Shown here in pieces: positions 10,001 to 19,010 of a DNA stretch of 23,090 nt. The notes under the pieces were generated by a model. The model saw only the letters and a program-made list of their open reading frames with translations, made no database searches and was not told the origin of the DNA. A program made the translations under genes and the position numbers. The stretch is from Pseudomonadota bacterium. GTDB taxonomy: Bacteria; Bdellovibrionota_B; Oligoflexia; Oligoflexales; CAIMVM01. Each line of letters begins with the position of its first letter. Position 1 is the first letter of the stretch. The stretch lies in assembly GCA_037142195.1 (NCBI GenBank), contig JBAXBA010000056.1, positions 1-23,090 of the forward strand, written 5' to 3'.

Positions 10001-13000
10001 TTGAGTCGTATTAAGTCCGACGGGGTGACTGCAGTTTCGCGCCAAATGATTTGCCCGGGTCAAACTTCGATTGGAAATACTTCTTGCTTGACCGCAAATT
10101 TTAATAATTCAAATCAAGTTGTGATTACAGGACTAACTTCGGATATTCCTGGCATTATGTATGCTGTTGCCAGCAGTGGATCTATAACTACCAAAACTGC
10201 CGTTTCTAGAGCTATAAATTTCCAAGCTTCTCTACAAACGGTTAAGGATCTCGTGATACAAAACGTGCCAGCATCCGTTCCCGCAGGTCAGCAATTTGTA
10301 GTTCAGGTAGCAGCGCTCGATAACTCTGGTAGTCAAGTTGTAGGAGCAGATGATGTTCTTTCTGCTCAAGTGTTTTCGGCTACCGATAATTTGTCTGCGA
10401 ACTTATCGACGCATCTTTCGCCCAGCAATGCGGCACCAACGATTCCCACGAGCTATTTGTTTGTATCAGGGGCTGCCAATGTGCCCTTTACTTTGACAAA
10501 AAAAGAATCCTTGCAGTTTAAGGTTGTAGGCTCAAGTGGAATGCAGTCCGCGCTTGCCAGTGTGAGCGTGTTGAGTTCAGACGGCATAAATTATTCCATT
10601 ACCTGTCGCTTAGTATCCAACAATAACGATTGTTCGGGAACTTCCGGAAGTCCGTATCAAATAGTTGCAAGTCGGGCGAATCTTTTCAATTTGGTGGTGG
10701 AAAGCGTGGACATTTATGGCAACAAAAAAGCCGGCAGTGCAAGTCTCTACCTTGCCACTGTGAAAGTAAGTGCGCCCGCTGGAAATAGGGCTGTCATTGC
10801 TAGCACAACTTCTAAAAGCTACACCAATGTCAATACGGTTGATAATTTTATAACGTTCTCCGCTGCCGATGAAAATGGCATTACCCTAGATAATTTATAT
10901 TATGGTGCCCCCAATCAGACTCTATCTTTTGATTTGCCCACTAGGGAGTCAGGTTCTTCCATTACCAAAAATGCTTATATTTCCTTTTTACCTCATATCG
11001 ACGCTGTTAGGTCCTATGACTTGACCGGTTTCGGAAGCGGACAGTTTGCAGCTGGTACGACCAAAGCATTTAAATTGTCAGCACTTGACTACGGTGGAAA
11101 CGTCATCACGGGAATCGATGCGGCCCTTAATGCGCAAACTTACGTCTGGACAGGCACAGGCGTGTCCGTGGGTGGCTGGAACAATGTTTTACCTACTGCT
11201 AGCTTAACCTTTACCAGTGGGGCCAGCCAGAATCTATCGGCGACTTTCTATGCGGCGGATAATGCTCTGCTGTTTAGCGTGAAAGATAATTTTACCACTG
11301 CGGTGAGTCTAAAAGGTGAAGGCGTGAACAAAAATAGATTGTCTAGGTCTAGTAATGGGGACAATAATTGGAGTGGAACTCTTAATATTGATCCCAAAGC
11401 TCCGTCAGTCTATACCCTCTCAGGGATTAGCGCGATCGCGACAGCTGGTACGCCGTTTTCACTTTCTATAAGTGCAAAAGATATCTATGGAAATGCGGCA
11501 CAGAATTGGAACGATTCTCTTACATTTAGTTACCTATCGGGCGCAAGTTCAAGTATTGCGACTCCCGCCGATGGCACAGTTCGTGCGGCTACTAAGGCAG
11601 CGAATGTCACGAATCAGAGCTTTCCGAACGGTATTTATAGCGTACCAGGAACTCCTTTCACGCTTTATCGCTCCAATCTGAATGTTTCGGGTGTTGAGGA
11701 GAATACGGTTCTCAAAATTCAGGGAACGAATACAGCTACGGAATCTGGCGTAGCACTATCAACTACTTTCAATATCAAGACAGTACCCAAGCCTCAAGTT
11801 TCCTATACCAAAATCACGAACAATGCCGTTTATTCTTCTGCAAACGATCTGTCAGGAATCAATCAGAGTTATTCTTCAGATCAGATTTATAACTACTTTG
11901 CCTCGTTGTTTGACCAATACGGCAATTTCTTGACCGTATCAGGCGGAGTTGCCAGCACGGTGCAGTGGTCAGGCACAGGAGCTATGTCTGGTAAATTGTT
12001 TCCCACAACCGGTCTTACCTCAGCATTAGCTCCGACCGCACGAGGTACCGGAGTCGTTACGGCAGATTGTTCTGCCATATCGGGTTGTATTTCTGATTCT
12101 ACAGGTACCATCAGCATTTCGACAGGTCCCTTGTCTGCATTTTCCATCGTAGATACACAGACCTCTGCACCTGTAAATTTAGGATCAGAAATTCCCTTTA
12201 CTCTCTGTATGAAAGATGCTGTTGGAAATACGATCGATACAAGTGTGTATGTAAACAGTGTGTTGATTACCAATCCCAATGCCACCTTGAATCTAGAATT
12301 TAGAAAGGCAAATATCACGGACACCCCTGAAATGCCCGGTATTGAAGTTTCTAAGGCGTCAGGTGGCTCGTTTGCTGCCAATAAGTTGAATGTGGATCTG
12401 GGCCTGTCAAGCGTAACCTTTGTGAATGGATGTACTCAGCTGTATGCCAAAATCTACTCCAGTGCCAGCTCCTTTGGGGAAGGTCTTAAACTCCTGAACG
12501 TGAGATATGATGATGCCAATCAGCCTCTGAGAGGCACGATTTCCTCTCTAGGTTTAGATGTTCCAGGAGTGAATGCGACTGTCTTGGATCACTACGTAAC
12601 GACTGCCTCTAATCTAGGAAGTGGAGCAGTGGTCCAAGCTTACTCCGATCTTGGAACTACAAACGTACAAGGTAGTGCCGGAGGCAACCGCTTCTCGATT
12701 ACGGTTCAAGCCCGAGATGTTTATGGCAATGCCTTGGTCAGAACGAACGCAGTAAATCTGTTCGCCGTAAAATCAGATGGTACGACATCGGTCGGAAGAT
12801 CTTTAGTGTGCTCGGCGCCTGCTAACGACACGAGCTGTATCAATCCGACGTTTTCGAGTTCATCGAGTCTTACGGTGAACAATTTGGCCTTGGATGTCGC
12901 GGGAAGTTTCTACATCAACGCTGTAGATTCCAACAGTAAAGGTATCAAAGCTTATTATTCCACACTCGTCGTGTTTAATGCGAGTCCAAAGACGGTCAAA

Positions 13001-16000
13001 CAATATACTGTTATTCAGCCGTCTCTCACCAACGCTGGACTGAGTAACTTTATACAAGTGCGAGCAGAAGATAACTCAGGAAATCCTGTTTCTGGGGCTG
13101 ATACAGCTTTAAATGCTCAGACCTATACTTGGTTTCACTCTGGGGACTCTAGTAACATGACAACCCACATCGCCCCAGATGGTACGAATCCCATCCTCCT
13201 CTCTACGTTAAGCTTTTCAGCAGGTGTGGCCAATGCCCCATCAACATTTACAAAGGCTGAAACCGGACTTCTGCTTAATATTCGAGATAATGCTTCACCA
13301 CAAAAAACGTCAAGTAACGTGAGCACATTGGATGTTCTACCAGGCCTCCAACTCTACTACGATATCATTTGTAAAAAAGTGAGTGATGCGTCTGACTGCA
13401 CGGGAACCTCAGGTTCGCCGGCAACTTTGATAGGAAGTGCGGCTTCGAAATTCAATCTAGAATTTCAGGCCCTGGATCAGTATAAAAATCCGAAATTGGG
13501 AGAAGGCGCAACACAAATCCGAATAATTCGGGTGAGCGGTGCAGCTACCGGTGTAGGGAAACTCGAATCGCCAGACCCTGTTAATTACGCCCCAGGCAAT
13601 AGTCCGGAAATTCTCATCAATATGTCGACTACTGCCATGGTCCCCCAGTCTAATATGTTCTACCGTGGTGCGAATCAGACCAATAGAATTTGGCTTATCA
13701 ATACCCTTGCAGATGGGTTTTACAGGACGCCTTATATTACCTTTACTCCGACCATTGATACCGTCACTAACTACGGTATTCAAATTTCGGGGAGCGGAAT
13801 TGCGGGTGTACCCCAATCCGTGACGGTGTTTGCAAGGGATTCTGGGGGTAATGCCGTTTCAGGAATTGATGCCCAGTTAAATAGCCAATCCTACACCTGG
13901 TCTGGACTTGTAACATCACCCAATGGATCCACACCAACCTATCCAAGCAGTGCTCTAACCTTTGCCAATGGAACTACATCAGGACTTTCTGCGACGATGG
14001 TGAAATCCGGGGGGGCCGCTCTTAACTTAGTTGATAATTACGTACCTTGCGGCAGCTGTTCTAGCTTTGGCGGCGGCGGGCCATCAAAGGAGAGAACCGG
14101 TGGCGGTGGCTTCTCTATTTATCATGCACCAGCTAATTCCTATGCCATCACAGGAGGTGGGGCCTCTACCAATGCGGGAGTTCCTTTTGACTTAACCTTT
14201 ACAGCTCTCGATCAGTTTGAAAACCCTGCGACATCTTGGACTACAGATACGCTCAGTTTTGCTTGGAGTGGTGCAACGTCTACTGTCGTCAATCCTAAAA
14301 ATCCAAGCACTACTTTTAGCCCCACTCTTGCTTCCAATGGTTTACAGACCTTTACCTCTGGGGTTTATTCCACAACGAGCACTCCATTTAACCTCTACAA
14401 GGCAGAGTCGCCTACGTTGACAGTGACCGGCACCGTTACTGCCGGTACCAAAAACACCGCAGCAATTACCGGTACTCGAGTCTTCTCGGTTCTTCCCAAT
14501 AACACAGCTGGTTATGTGCGTCTCAGCCAAAGCCCCGTATCCACCAATCCTACATTGAGTGGATCTACACTTAGCCTCTTTACGGACCTAACCATGAGCT
14601 TGTATGCCTACCTTTATGATGCATACGGTAATTTGAAAAGTGATGCCAGCGGCGTATCCTGGACCGGATCAGGCGCCTTGACAGGAAAGTTGAGCCCAAC
14701 CACAGGAGCCGCGACCATTTTCGCTCCGACGTCTGTGGGATCTGGTACTGTGACTGCAGCCTGCACGGGAGTTAGCGCTGGATGTGTATCGGACGTGACA
14801 GGAACGATCGATGTTCAAGCAAGTAGCGTATCTAAACTTGTGTTCATAAGCCCTTCACCAAGCAATAACTTTACTCAGCTCACCACAGCTTGTCAGGAAC
14901 TGAAAATTCAGACTCAGGACTTGGTAAGTAACCCGGCCAACGTCAATTCTCTTACGACCTTCACCTTCGCGTCTACAGGTGGTAATGGTAACGGAGATTT
15001 CTTCGCCTCTTCGACAGAGTGTAATACGACAGCACAAGGCTTTAAGAGTACATTGAATACCGCATCCTTTCACTCCTCTTCAACTTTAGGGGGTTCAGCC
15101 GGAAATCGTACCCTGAACATGGCTAGCGGAACCAATGTGTTATCGGTTTGGTATGCAAACCGTACTTCTGTCGCCAGCAATGCAGCGGTGATTACGGTCA
15201 CTGCTTCAAACCGAACCGCGACTTTGAACGCTACCATTTTGCCTGATGTAGCTAAGCGAGCATCATTTGTGACCACGACACCTACCGTCAATGCAGTGGG
15301 GTCTCCTTCTGGGACATGTCTTACGCTCAACTATCGATTCGATGATATCTGGGGCAATCAGCAGAGTCTGACCTCGGCATCGACTATTAACTTGTCGGTT
15401 ATTGGGACAGATCAAGCGGCAACCATCTACTCGGATTCTGGATGTACTGCCAGTATCACAAGTCGATCGCTGAGTTCAGGCAATCAAGATACGGTCTATT
15501 ATAAAGATACGAAGGCGAACCGCTCTACGTTTAATATACTGAGCACGTCTACTTTGAATGGCAGCGCCATTCAGGCTGCAGTAACCCTCAATATTGACGT
15601 ACTTCCAGGTACGTTTACAGTTACGCAGACACCTACGAGTGGAAGTAATACGAAAGATACCGTCACATTGCTGTGGGGAGCTTCAGCAGGAGCCAAAAAC
15701 TACAAGGTGTTTAGGGCGACCGCCCCCAATTGTACTACGGGTGCTACGCCCATTAACTCAACTGTAGTGGGTACATCTGTCTCATTTACAACGGGTCAGA
15801 ACGGAACCTACTATATATGTGTTGTGGCAAATAGCTATACTTCTGGCGGCACCAATTTGAATGCGACCAACTATGGAAGCTATTACTTTACCATCGACAA
15901 TACGTTCTCTACAGGCAGCATTACCGCGCCGGCGGCTACCGAGATTGGTCCGGTAACCGCGCTAATGGGAGCGGGGTCAACTACAACCTTTGCCGGTACT

Positions 16001-18982
16001 GCCGCTGATACGGGTGGGTCCGGTTTGCTAAAAGTGGAACTTGAAATTAAAAATACCACCAGCAACACCTACTGGGACGGTAGTACTTGGACAGCGGGGC
16101 CGGGGCCTGTGGTTTTAGCCGTCAATACAACAAGCTGGTCTTATGTGATGAACGATTCAAGCTTTACGGATGGTGCGTCTTACTCTATTAGAGCGCAAGT
16201 TACCGATAATTCACTCAACGTCACTACAAATGCTCAGACCAAAACCTTCACTTGGGACGCTACGGCTCCGACGGTGAGTATCACGGCCTTTGGAAACCTG
16301 CTTTCATCGTACTACTACTCCAATTTGTCAACGCTAAATACTGCCATTACCACAGCTTCCGGGGCAATCAAATACAAATACTACACGGTGGCCGGCAGCT
16401 CTTGTTCGGGAGGCAGCTATTCTAGCCTTGCGAATGTGGGCACCAATATTACCGCAAGTCCAGGCGCTGATGGGCAATACACTCTCTGTGTCCTAGGACA
16501 AGATTTATCTGAAAACGTTCAGGCGACCCCAACGGCGTTCACGTGGTATAAGGACACCGGCTTGCCAACCATTTCAGGGGGCGTTCCCAATATGGGCCCT
16601 GTCAATGCGGCCTTTACCCCTTCTCTTACTGCAGCAACCGACTCGGGAGCTCCTTCAGGATCAGCGATCAGTTATCTTTGGAGCGTGACGGGCAATGCGC
16701 CTACCTGTGCGACTTCTTTTACTCCTGGAAGCACGACATCTACAACTCAAAACCCCGCGATCACATCAACATGTGGCAACACCTTTGGTACCTCTAATTT
16801 GAAGCTAAGAGTTTCTGACACGGCTGGAAATTTCACGGATTATAACCCCACATTCAATTGGGATCAGCAATCGCGGACTATTTCAGCTATAAGTTCACCT
16901 ACTGCGACTAATGCGAATTTGAATGCTGGTAACACAGTTTATATTGATGTCACATTCTCTTCAGGTGCTAACACGAACTCCGCAAATGTTTTTGTGGCTG
17001 GAGGCACACCAACTCTCGCATTAAATACGACCCCGGCGCAGTCGGCTACTTATTTAAGTGGGTCGGGCACCACTATCCTTAGGTTCCAATATGTCGTGCA
17101 GGCCACTGACAATGTGGCAGTCCTCAATGTTGCCAGCACGTCCGCCTTAAGTCTCAATGGTGCGACAATAAAAGATACGTACAACAATAACGTATCGCTT
17201 ACCACGTCGACAACCCTATTAACGACAAAAAACATCAAGATCGACACCCTGGCTCCAACCTTAGCACTTTCTGGTTTCCCGACCGGTGAGTCTAACGTCA
17301 CATCTACCTTAAGCGTAGCGATCTCAGCGACTGATACTACGAGCTATACTTTTGATATAGTGAGTGGCACCAGTGCAGCTTGTCCTGGCACTCAAAGCGG
17401 TACTACTCCCCAAGCCACCCCTATCACACGTAATATTGCTGGATTAGCAGACGGAAATGTGACGATTTGCGCTAGGGCGACGGATTTGGCAGGCAACGTT
17501 CAGTCTGGATATACTTCCCAAACTTGGATTAAAGATACGCAAGCTCCCGCTACGGTAACTGGAGTGGGTCCAACTGTGGAAGTCAACACATTGACGCCAA
17601 CGATCACTTGGACTGCAGGTGCCGCTGATGTGACTAACTACAAAGTCATCATCTATTCCAATACGGGATTGACTACCTCGGTCTATGACAGCGGATGGAT
17701 CTCCTCTGCCCTCACCAGCCAGGTGGTTTCCCCTGCTCTGCCAAGGGATGGTAAGTACTTTACATGTCTTTTCAGTCGCGATCTTGCAGGAAACCAGTCG
17801 ACTTGCTCAGCGGTTACCTTCTCGGTAGAAACGGATACTCTGCATACTTCATGGTACGAAAGTGGTGTTGTGAAGTACGGCAAAAAAACCAACACTTCTG
17901 CATGGGCTGCTGAAACGGCGGCATCTGGATTGAGCTATCAAGGTCGTACGTCATTGGCAGTCGATAATAGCGGTAACCCCATCATTGGGTACTCGACCAT
18001 TAATGGTTCCGATTCTTACTTCCGCTATTCTAGGTGGAACGGTTCTGCATGGACGGCTTACTTGGCCCACACGAGTGCCACCTACACAGCGGGTGGAACC
18101 TTAGGAGAGCTGGCAGTAGCTAGTTCGAGTCCTACCTTTCACTTAGGGTTCTTGGGGTTAGAAAGTGGAATCCCTTCGTTTGGAGCAGAGTTTTTAAACA
18201 TAACTAGCACAAATGTCGCCACGGGCGCCAATCAAGCACTTGCGGATGTCGGTGCTACATCCAAGGACCTCTCGGTTTTTGTGGATGCTGCGAGCTTAAG
18301 ATATGTTGTGGCGACTCCCCAATCTTCCGGCAGCTATCGTCCACAAATTGTAGAAACTTCAACTCTGAGTCCCGCGCTTCTTGCATTGCCAACTAACTGT
18401 ACAGATATGCCGTATATCTCTGGCGTAAGTACAGCGACAGGAAACAACTTTGTACTAGCTGGTCTGTGTGTCATGAATCCCGGAGGAAGTTGCCAAGTCT
18501 GGTCGAGCTCATTTACATTTAACTCAGGTACGGGAACTTTCTCTGCCCCCTCATGGACGAGCCGAGGAACGACCACTGCTTCCTCGTGCACGCTCGCTGG
18601 TCTGAGCTTGGCTGATCGCCCTACTATTATGCAGGACAAGCAGACGGATAAGACTACGATTGTCTTTGTCGATCGTACCAACAACAAGATCGTTCGTTCG
18701 ACGAATGAAAGTGGCGGCTGGGCCAATGAAGACGTTGTTACCGGGCTAACAGGAACCTACGGATTCCCGTTCTTAGCTATAGATCAGTATAGCAAATCCT
18801 ATGTCACCTATGTGGACAATGGGGTGCTCAAGATGATCCACAATAACGGCAGAGAGGTTGGAAACTTTTTGGGCGGATGGAATACACCGACGGTGATTTC
18901 CAACACAGGCGGGCTGTCAGGGTTTGGTGGTATCGGCATTACGGGCATGAAAGGTCGTGGTAACTTTACGGGTGGTAAGTAA
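4100..18982 (+). CDS. Giant (about 4,960 aa) predicted surface lipoprotein/adhesin with Ig-like repeats and a C-terminal beta-propeller-like domain
   Basis: Uninterrupted 15-kb ORF. GAAGGAG RBS at 4088-4094 before ATG 4100. Signal peptide ending in lipobox-like VMS-C22 (4163-4165). Ser/Thr/Gly/Asn-rich, beta-strand-like composition, with recurrent D-x-[YFW]-G-N and D-x-A-G-N Ig-like motifs and paired cysteines. Confidence 0.9.
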   Translation: MRVRLANLNIWMVVCAMIVMSCSKGSSTVAKSRENSYYTAKTAKNYLNIPARYTFSDNIEFFVATQNGTPLPAIGSEFKAFDITAMYEGGTELKPEKVPVMLKTFQDNWNTNFFNLQANGEISTVVTCENATTREGCVGDLTGSSSKTDRDGRAFTGYKTPDGLGSVVAIVLKVPEGSSASNLMQYATVQIQAWRDWGKNGESPLEATLLLVPQLEDDNGNPVVKAGVGFSVNLIVPGLPTTPKGSGFAFDIETTGVAGVDNDRIVVPNGKKVNCNFRGGLCSLPGGPFKVLSPTTMTISVKPSDPNFPVKPATITIPVISGRARTIMLSTTYPATKVTNLCLSDTDFSRPCIDISADIDELQIYPFLADEGGNFVGFVPTQWSATGPLATRLMTDKVDSFQKILPITTGSGIISVSTEKGISAQFTYMIRSGAPAKVQFKTEHSIGSNSTERVGVPFKVISTLYDKKDNLCVDYNTTFGVKLKLNNAYPSTPPPGIVATATLADEIDQTVNKILVTRGIGTTTGSFTVVKVPDIAGGQLYPTISILDSTLLVSIINATPITILPGNVTQSQLRNLAGGLGTPWDLVASGATGTSFEADRTIIVRADQQYFFNNAGYDAGGNYVIDVPSKFWGVSYIYHSGTQPAFDGLVASLKDKDPSLYSDAIGCINPIPNSTPSTNQLPTNQPEGNMVYCGVHRALASKQGVSSPLASVGIPGAGRVLAIPLDITVKAAISPILNITSGLASKIKIDLVDTNPAAVPFVLGNPITAGKPFKIRLTATDNDDVLASDFAGVKTFDFSSSASPSWGGIPPVLPDGSKTCTFIAGVCTLSDTYLISRGTGTAGVISSQTITSIAMEQLIPNGEVGVVGINTQFIRSIPGAEKYIFFTDKKGGTTTGSIALQPSSLPGGISIKASQEFGFGVAIADSSGNYIRDMALSDNISVKGFEGTYTDLTNGPDYFFNFTTGTASSTPWPADFTKNDILTPNATPPAGVDPTPKKFYDPSIAADVAKISTTTLKDASKYSLVLSPQNRLGKAFAVPYSATNPSLVGWPSPNIEITPGVIDHVASDLYDPNDATVNNTNAMPGICKNLKFKLSDAKGNQLLDYTTVTNVRLKIFKVDPTHPNGIDDPKVNASSLAPDQYALLNAAEIPGPIHAGFDALSGTGGADYSLEAQARRFTGPSASVINNSNANTDPNAPTLVSNYFSDWWYGSVPVNSGLITFPGTVCFHAAETLANRLSAPQSQYIFQVEIEPSTYANTPLLGIASRGANRIFYDPSTTPPTAYGSTALGAGHEDIITVTRGGAHHLHPAFVDDFADPKLGWIAGPQGSGLSGGVDSRDQLGVESPCPYPTVGFFNVQNRGGCGSKTVYWHIHDKACNYIGPATGVSVTDPTAQVGQSYLAATPTASGAQGSSAHSVKSNNNLAGSASQWATRLYVSKGTLLGGWATQTLAGKPSSLGSKVTVTNGSLNVDEGFSIDFGLKDQFGNDVSASTKGPGSPETNLYITDRMRKVWTNGLPSNAPTGQGPSYAVNNSPTRASWTFDSYATALAASSSAPGQPANAENFLSFVGLQFRKANEIIAFSAEFKDEVVSPWCAIPGNCPTTGLQTYTMSSNLNLLPGATVAADILSQPSQAGLSFTTANFPSIFGAVEYPFTPRRTNTRGNYAPKDAYGCLKDQWGNLFNCYTDSSWSIVDKRDKSNALTSDPILSSDNILGLNLAATNKMQFEALKEGSARLHVEQGGFIAESDPLVVWAGPLAWLSLDAGASFNNDQAPSPIAAGQEIPVNMCLVDAANNVITTPVIHSGVTKTNPNIPYNVTFTSNVRQNAEGNGLVMSTGSGANFDSQIIPNGTNTISFTNGCKSIYLKNYSSANQNPGALLSVSTSDPLRPTTSIPKTDGLFVSTTTPGALDHFATEYDKAASVPVGGTVPAWSNVQANAGYANAGGNRFDLLVYARDFYGNSVNVTTPITLSRIKSDGVTAVSRQMICPGQTSIGNTSCLTANFNNSNQVVITGLTSDIPGIMYAVASSGSITTKTAVSRAINFQASLQTVKDLVIQNVPASVPAGQQFVVQVAALDNSGSQVVGADDVLSAQVFSATDNLSANLSTHLSPSNAAPTIPTSYLFVSGAANVPFTLTKKESLQFKVVGSSGMQSALASVSVLSSDGINYSITCRLVSNNNDCSGTSGSPYQIVASRANLFNLVVESVDIYGNKKAGSASLYLATVKVSAPAGNRAVIASTTSKSYTNVNTVDNFITFSAADENGITLDNLYYGAPNQTLSFDLPTRESGSSITKNAYISFLPHIDAVRSYDLTGFGSGQFAAGTTKAFKLSALDYGGNVITGIDAALNAQTYVWTGTGVSVGGWNNVLPTASLTFTSGASQNLSATFYAADNALLFSVKDNFTTAVSLKGEGVNKNRLSRSSNGDNNWSGTLNIDPKAPSVYTLSGISAIATAGTPFSLSISAKDIYGNAAQNWNDSLTFSYLSGASSSIATPADGTVRAATKAANVTNQSFPNGIYSVPGTPFTLYRSNLNVSGVEENTVLKIQGTNTATESGVALSTTFNIKTVPKPQVSYTKITNNAVYSSANDLSGINQSYSSDQIYNYFASLFDQYGNFLTVSGGVASTVQWSGTGAMSGKLFPTTGLTSALAPTARGTGVVTADCSAISGCISDSTGTISISTGPLSAFSIVDTQTSAPVNLGSEIPFTLCMKDAVGNTIDTSVYVNSVLITNPNATLNLEFRKANITDTPEMPGIEVSKASGGSFAANKLNVDLGLSSVTFVNGCTQLYAKIYSSASSFGEGLKLLNVRYDDANQPLRGTISSLGLDVPGVNATVLDHYVTTASNLGSGAVVQAYSDLGTTNVQGSAGGNRFSITVQARDVYGNALVRTNAVNLFAVKSDGTTSVGRSLVCSAPANDTSCINPTFSSSSSLTVNNLALDVAGSFYINAVDSNSKGIKAYYSTLVVFNASPKTVKQYTVIQPSLTNAGLSNFIQVRAEDNSGNPVSGADTALNAQTYTWFHSGDSSNMTTHIAPDGTNPILLSTLSFSAGVANAPSTFTKAETGLLLNIRDNASPQKTSSNVSTLDVLPGLQLYYDIICKKVSDASDCTGTSGSPATLIGSAASKFNLEFQALDQYKNPKLGEGATQIRIIRVSGAATGVGKLESPDPVNYAPGNSPEILINMSTTAMVPQSNMFYRGANQTNRIWLINTLADGFYRTPYITFTPTIDTVTNYGIQISGSGIAGVPQSVTVFARDSGGNAVSGIDAQLNSQSYTWSGLVTSPNGSTPTYPSSALTFANGTTSGLSATMVKSGGAALNLVDNYVPCGSCSSFGGGGPSKERTGGGGFSIYHAPANSYAITGGGASTNAGVPFDLTFTALDQFENPATSWTTDTLSFAWSGATSTVVNPKNPSTTFSPTLASNGLQTFTSGVYSTTSTPFNLYKAESPTLTVTGTVTAGTKNTAAITGTRVFSVLPNNTAGYVRLSQSPVSTNPTLSGSTLSLFTDLTMSLYAYLYDAYGNLKSDASGVSWTGSGALTGKLSPTTGAATIFAPTSVGSGTVTAACTGVSAGCVSDVTGTIDVQASSVSKLVFISPSPSNNFTQLTTACQELKIQTQDLVSNPANVNSLTTFTFASTGGNGNGDFFASSTECNTTAQGFKSTLNTASFHSSSTLGGSAGNRTLNMASGTNVLSVWYANRTSVASNAAVITVTASNRTATLNATILPDVAKRASFVTTTPTVNAVGSPSGTCLTLNYRFDDIWGNQQSLTSASTINLSVIGTDQAATIYSDSGCTASITSRSLSSGNQDTVYYKDTKANRSTFNILSTSTLNGSAIQAAVTLNIDVLPGTFTVTQTPTSGSNTKDTVTLLWGASAGAKNYKVFRATAPNCTTGATPINSTVVGTSVSFTTGQNGTYYICVVANSYTSGGTNLNATNYGSYYFTIDNTFSTGSITAPAATEIGPVTALMGAGSTTTFAGTAADTGGSGLLKVELEIKNTTSNTYWDGSTWTAGPGPVVLAVNTTSWSYVMNDSSFTDGASYSIRAQVTDNSLNVTTNAQTKTFTWDATAPTVSITAFGNLLSSYYYSNLSTLNTAITTASGAIKYKYYTVAGSSCSGGSYSSLANVGTNITASPGADGQYTLCVLGQDLSENVQATPTAFTWYKDTGLPTISGGVPNMGPVNAAFTPSLTAATDSGAPSGSAISYLWSVTGNAPTCATSFTPGSTTSTTQNPAITSTCGNTFGTSNLKLRVSDTAGNFTDYNPTFNWDQQSRTISAISSPTATNANLNAGNTVYIDVTFSSGANTNSANVFVAGGTPTLALNTTPAQSATYLSGSGTTILRFQYVVQATDNVAVLNVASTSALSLNGATIKDTYNNNVSLTTSTTLLTTKNIKIDTLAPTLALSGFPTGESNVTSTLSVAISATDTTSYTFDIVSGTSAACPGTQSGTTPQATPITRNIAGLADGNVTICARATDLAGNVQSGYTSQTWIKDTQAPATVTGVGPTVEVNTLTPTITWTAGAADVTNYKVIIYSNTGLTTSVYDSGWISSALTSQVVSPALPRDGKYFTCLFSRDLAGNQSTCSAVTFSVETDTLHTSWYESGVVKYGKKTNTSAWAAETAASGLSYQGRTSLAVDNSGNPIIGYSTINGSDSYFRYSRWNGSAWTAYLAHTSATYTAGGTLGELAVASSSPTFHLGFLGLESGIPSFGAEFLNITSTNVATGANQALADVGATSKDLSVFVDAASLRYVVATPQSSGSYRPQIVETSTLSPALLALPTNCTDMPYISGVSTATGNNFVLAGLCVMNPGGSCQVWSSSFTFNSGTGTFSAPSWTSRGTTTASSCTLAGLSLADRPTIMQDKQTDKTTIVFVDRTNNKIVRSTNESGGWANEDVVTGLTGTYGFPFLAIDQYSKSYVTYVDNGVLKMIHNNGREVGNFLGGWNTPTVISNTGGLSGFGGIGITGMKGRGNFTGGK
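9356..14825 (+). repeat. Intragenic tandem duplication of a multi-domain block of about 900-920 aa (unit 1 about 9356-12124, unit 2 about 12125-14825)
   Basis: Collinear motif pairs: FTNGCKSIYLKNYSSA / FVNGCTQLYAKIYSSA; AGGNRFDLLVYARDFYGN / AGGNRFSITVQARDVYGN; DCSGTSGSP / DCTGTSGSP; GIDAALNAQTYVWTG / GIDAQLNSQSYTWSG; WSGTGAMSGKLFPTTG / WTGSGALTGKLSPTTG. Confidence 0.9.
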
Positions 18983-19010
18983 TCTTTTGACCTCTTGAAT
19001 CGGTTCTCTT

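Noticed and set aside
9356..14825. Diversity-generating retroelement TR/VR pair or assembly duplication as the explanation for the internal repeat
   Set aside because: The units are highly diverged at all base types rather than at adenines only, and no reverse transcriptase is present.
4414..18726. Numerous 60-160 aa ORFs inside or antisense to the giant CDS
   Set aside because: Shadow ORFs of a long coding frame, with no recognisable motifs.
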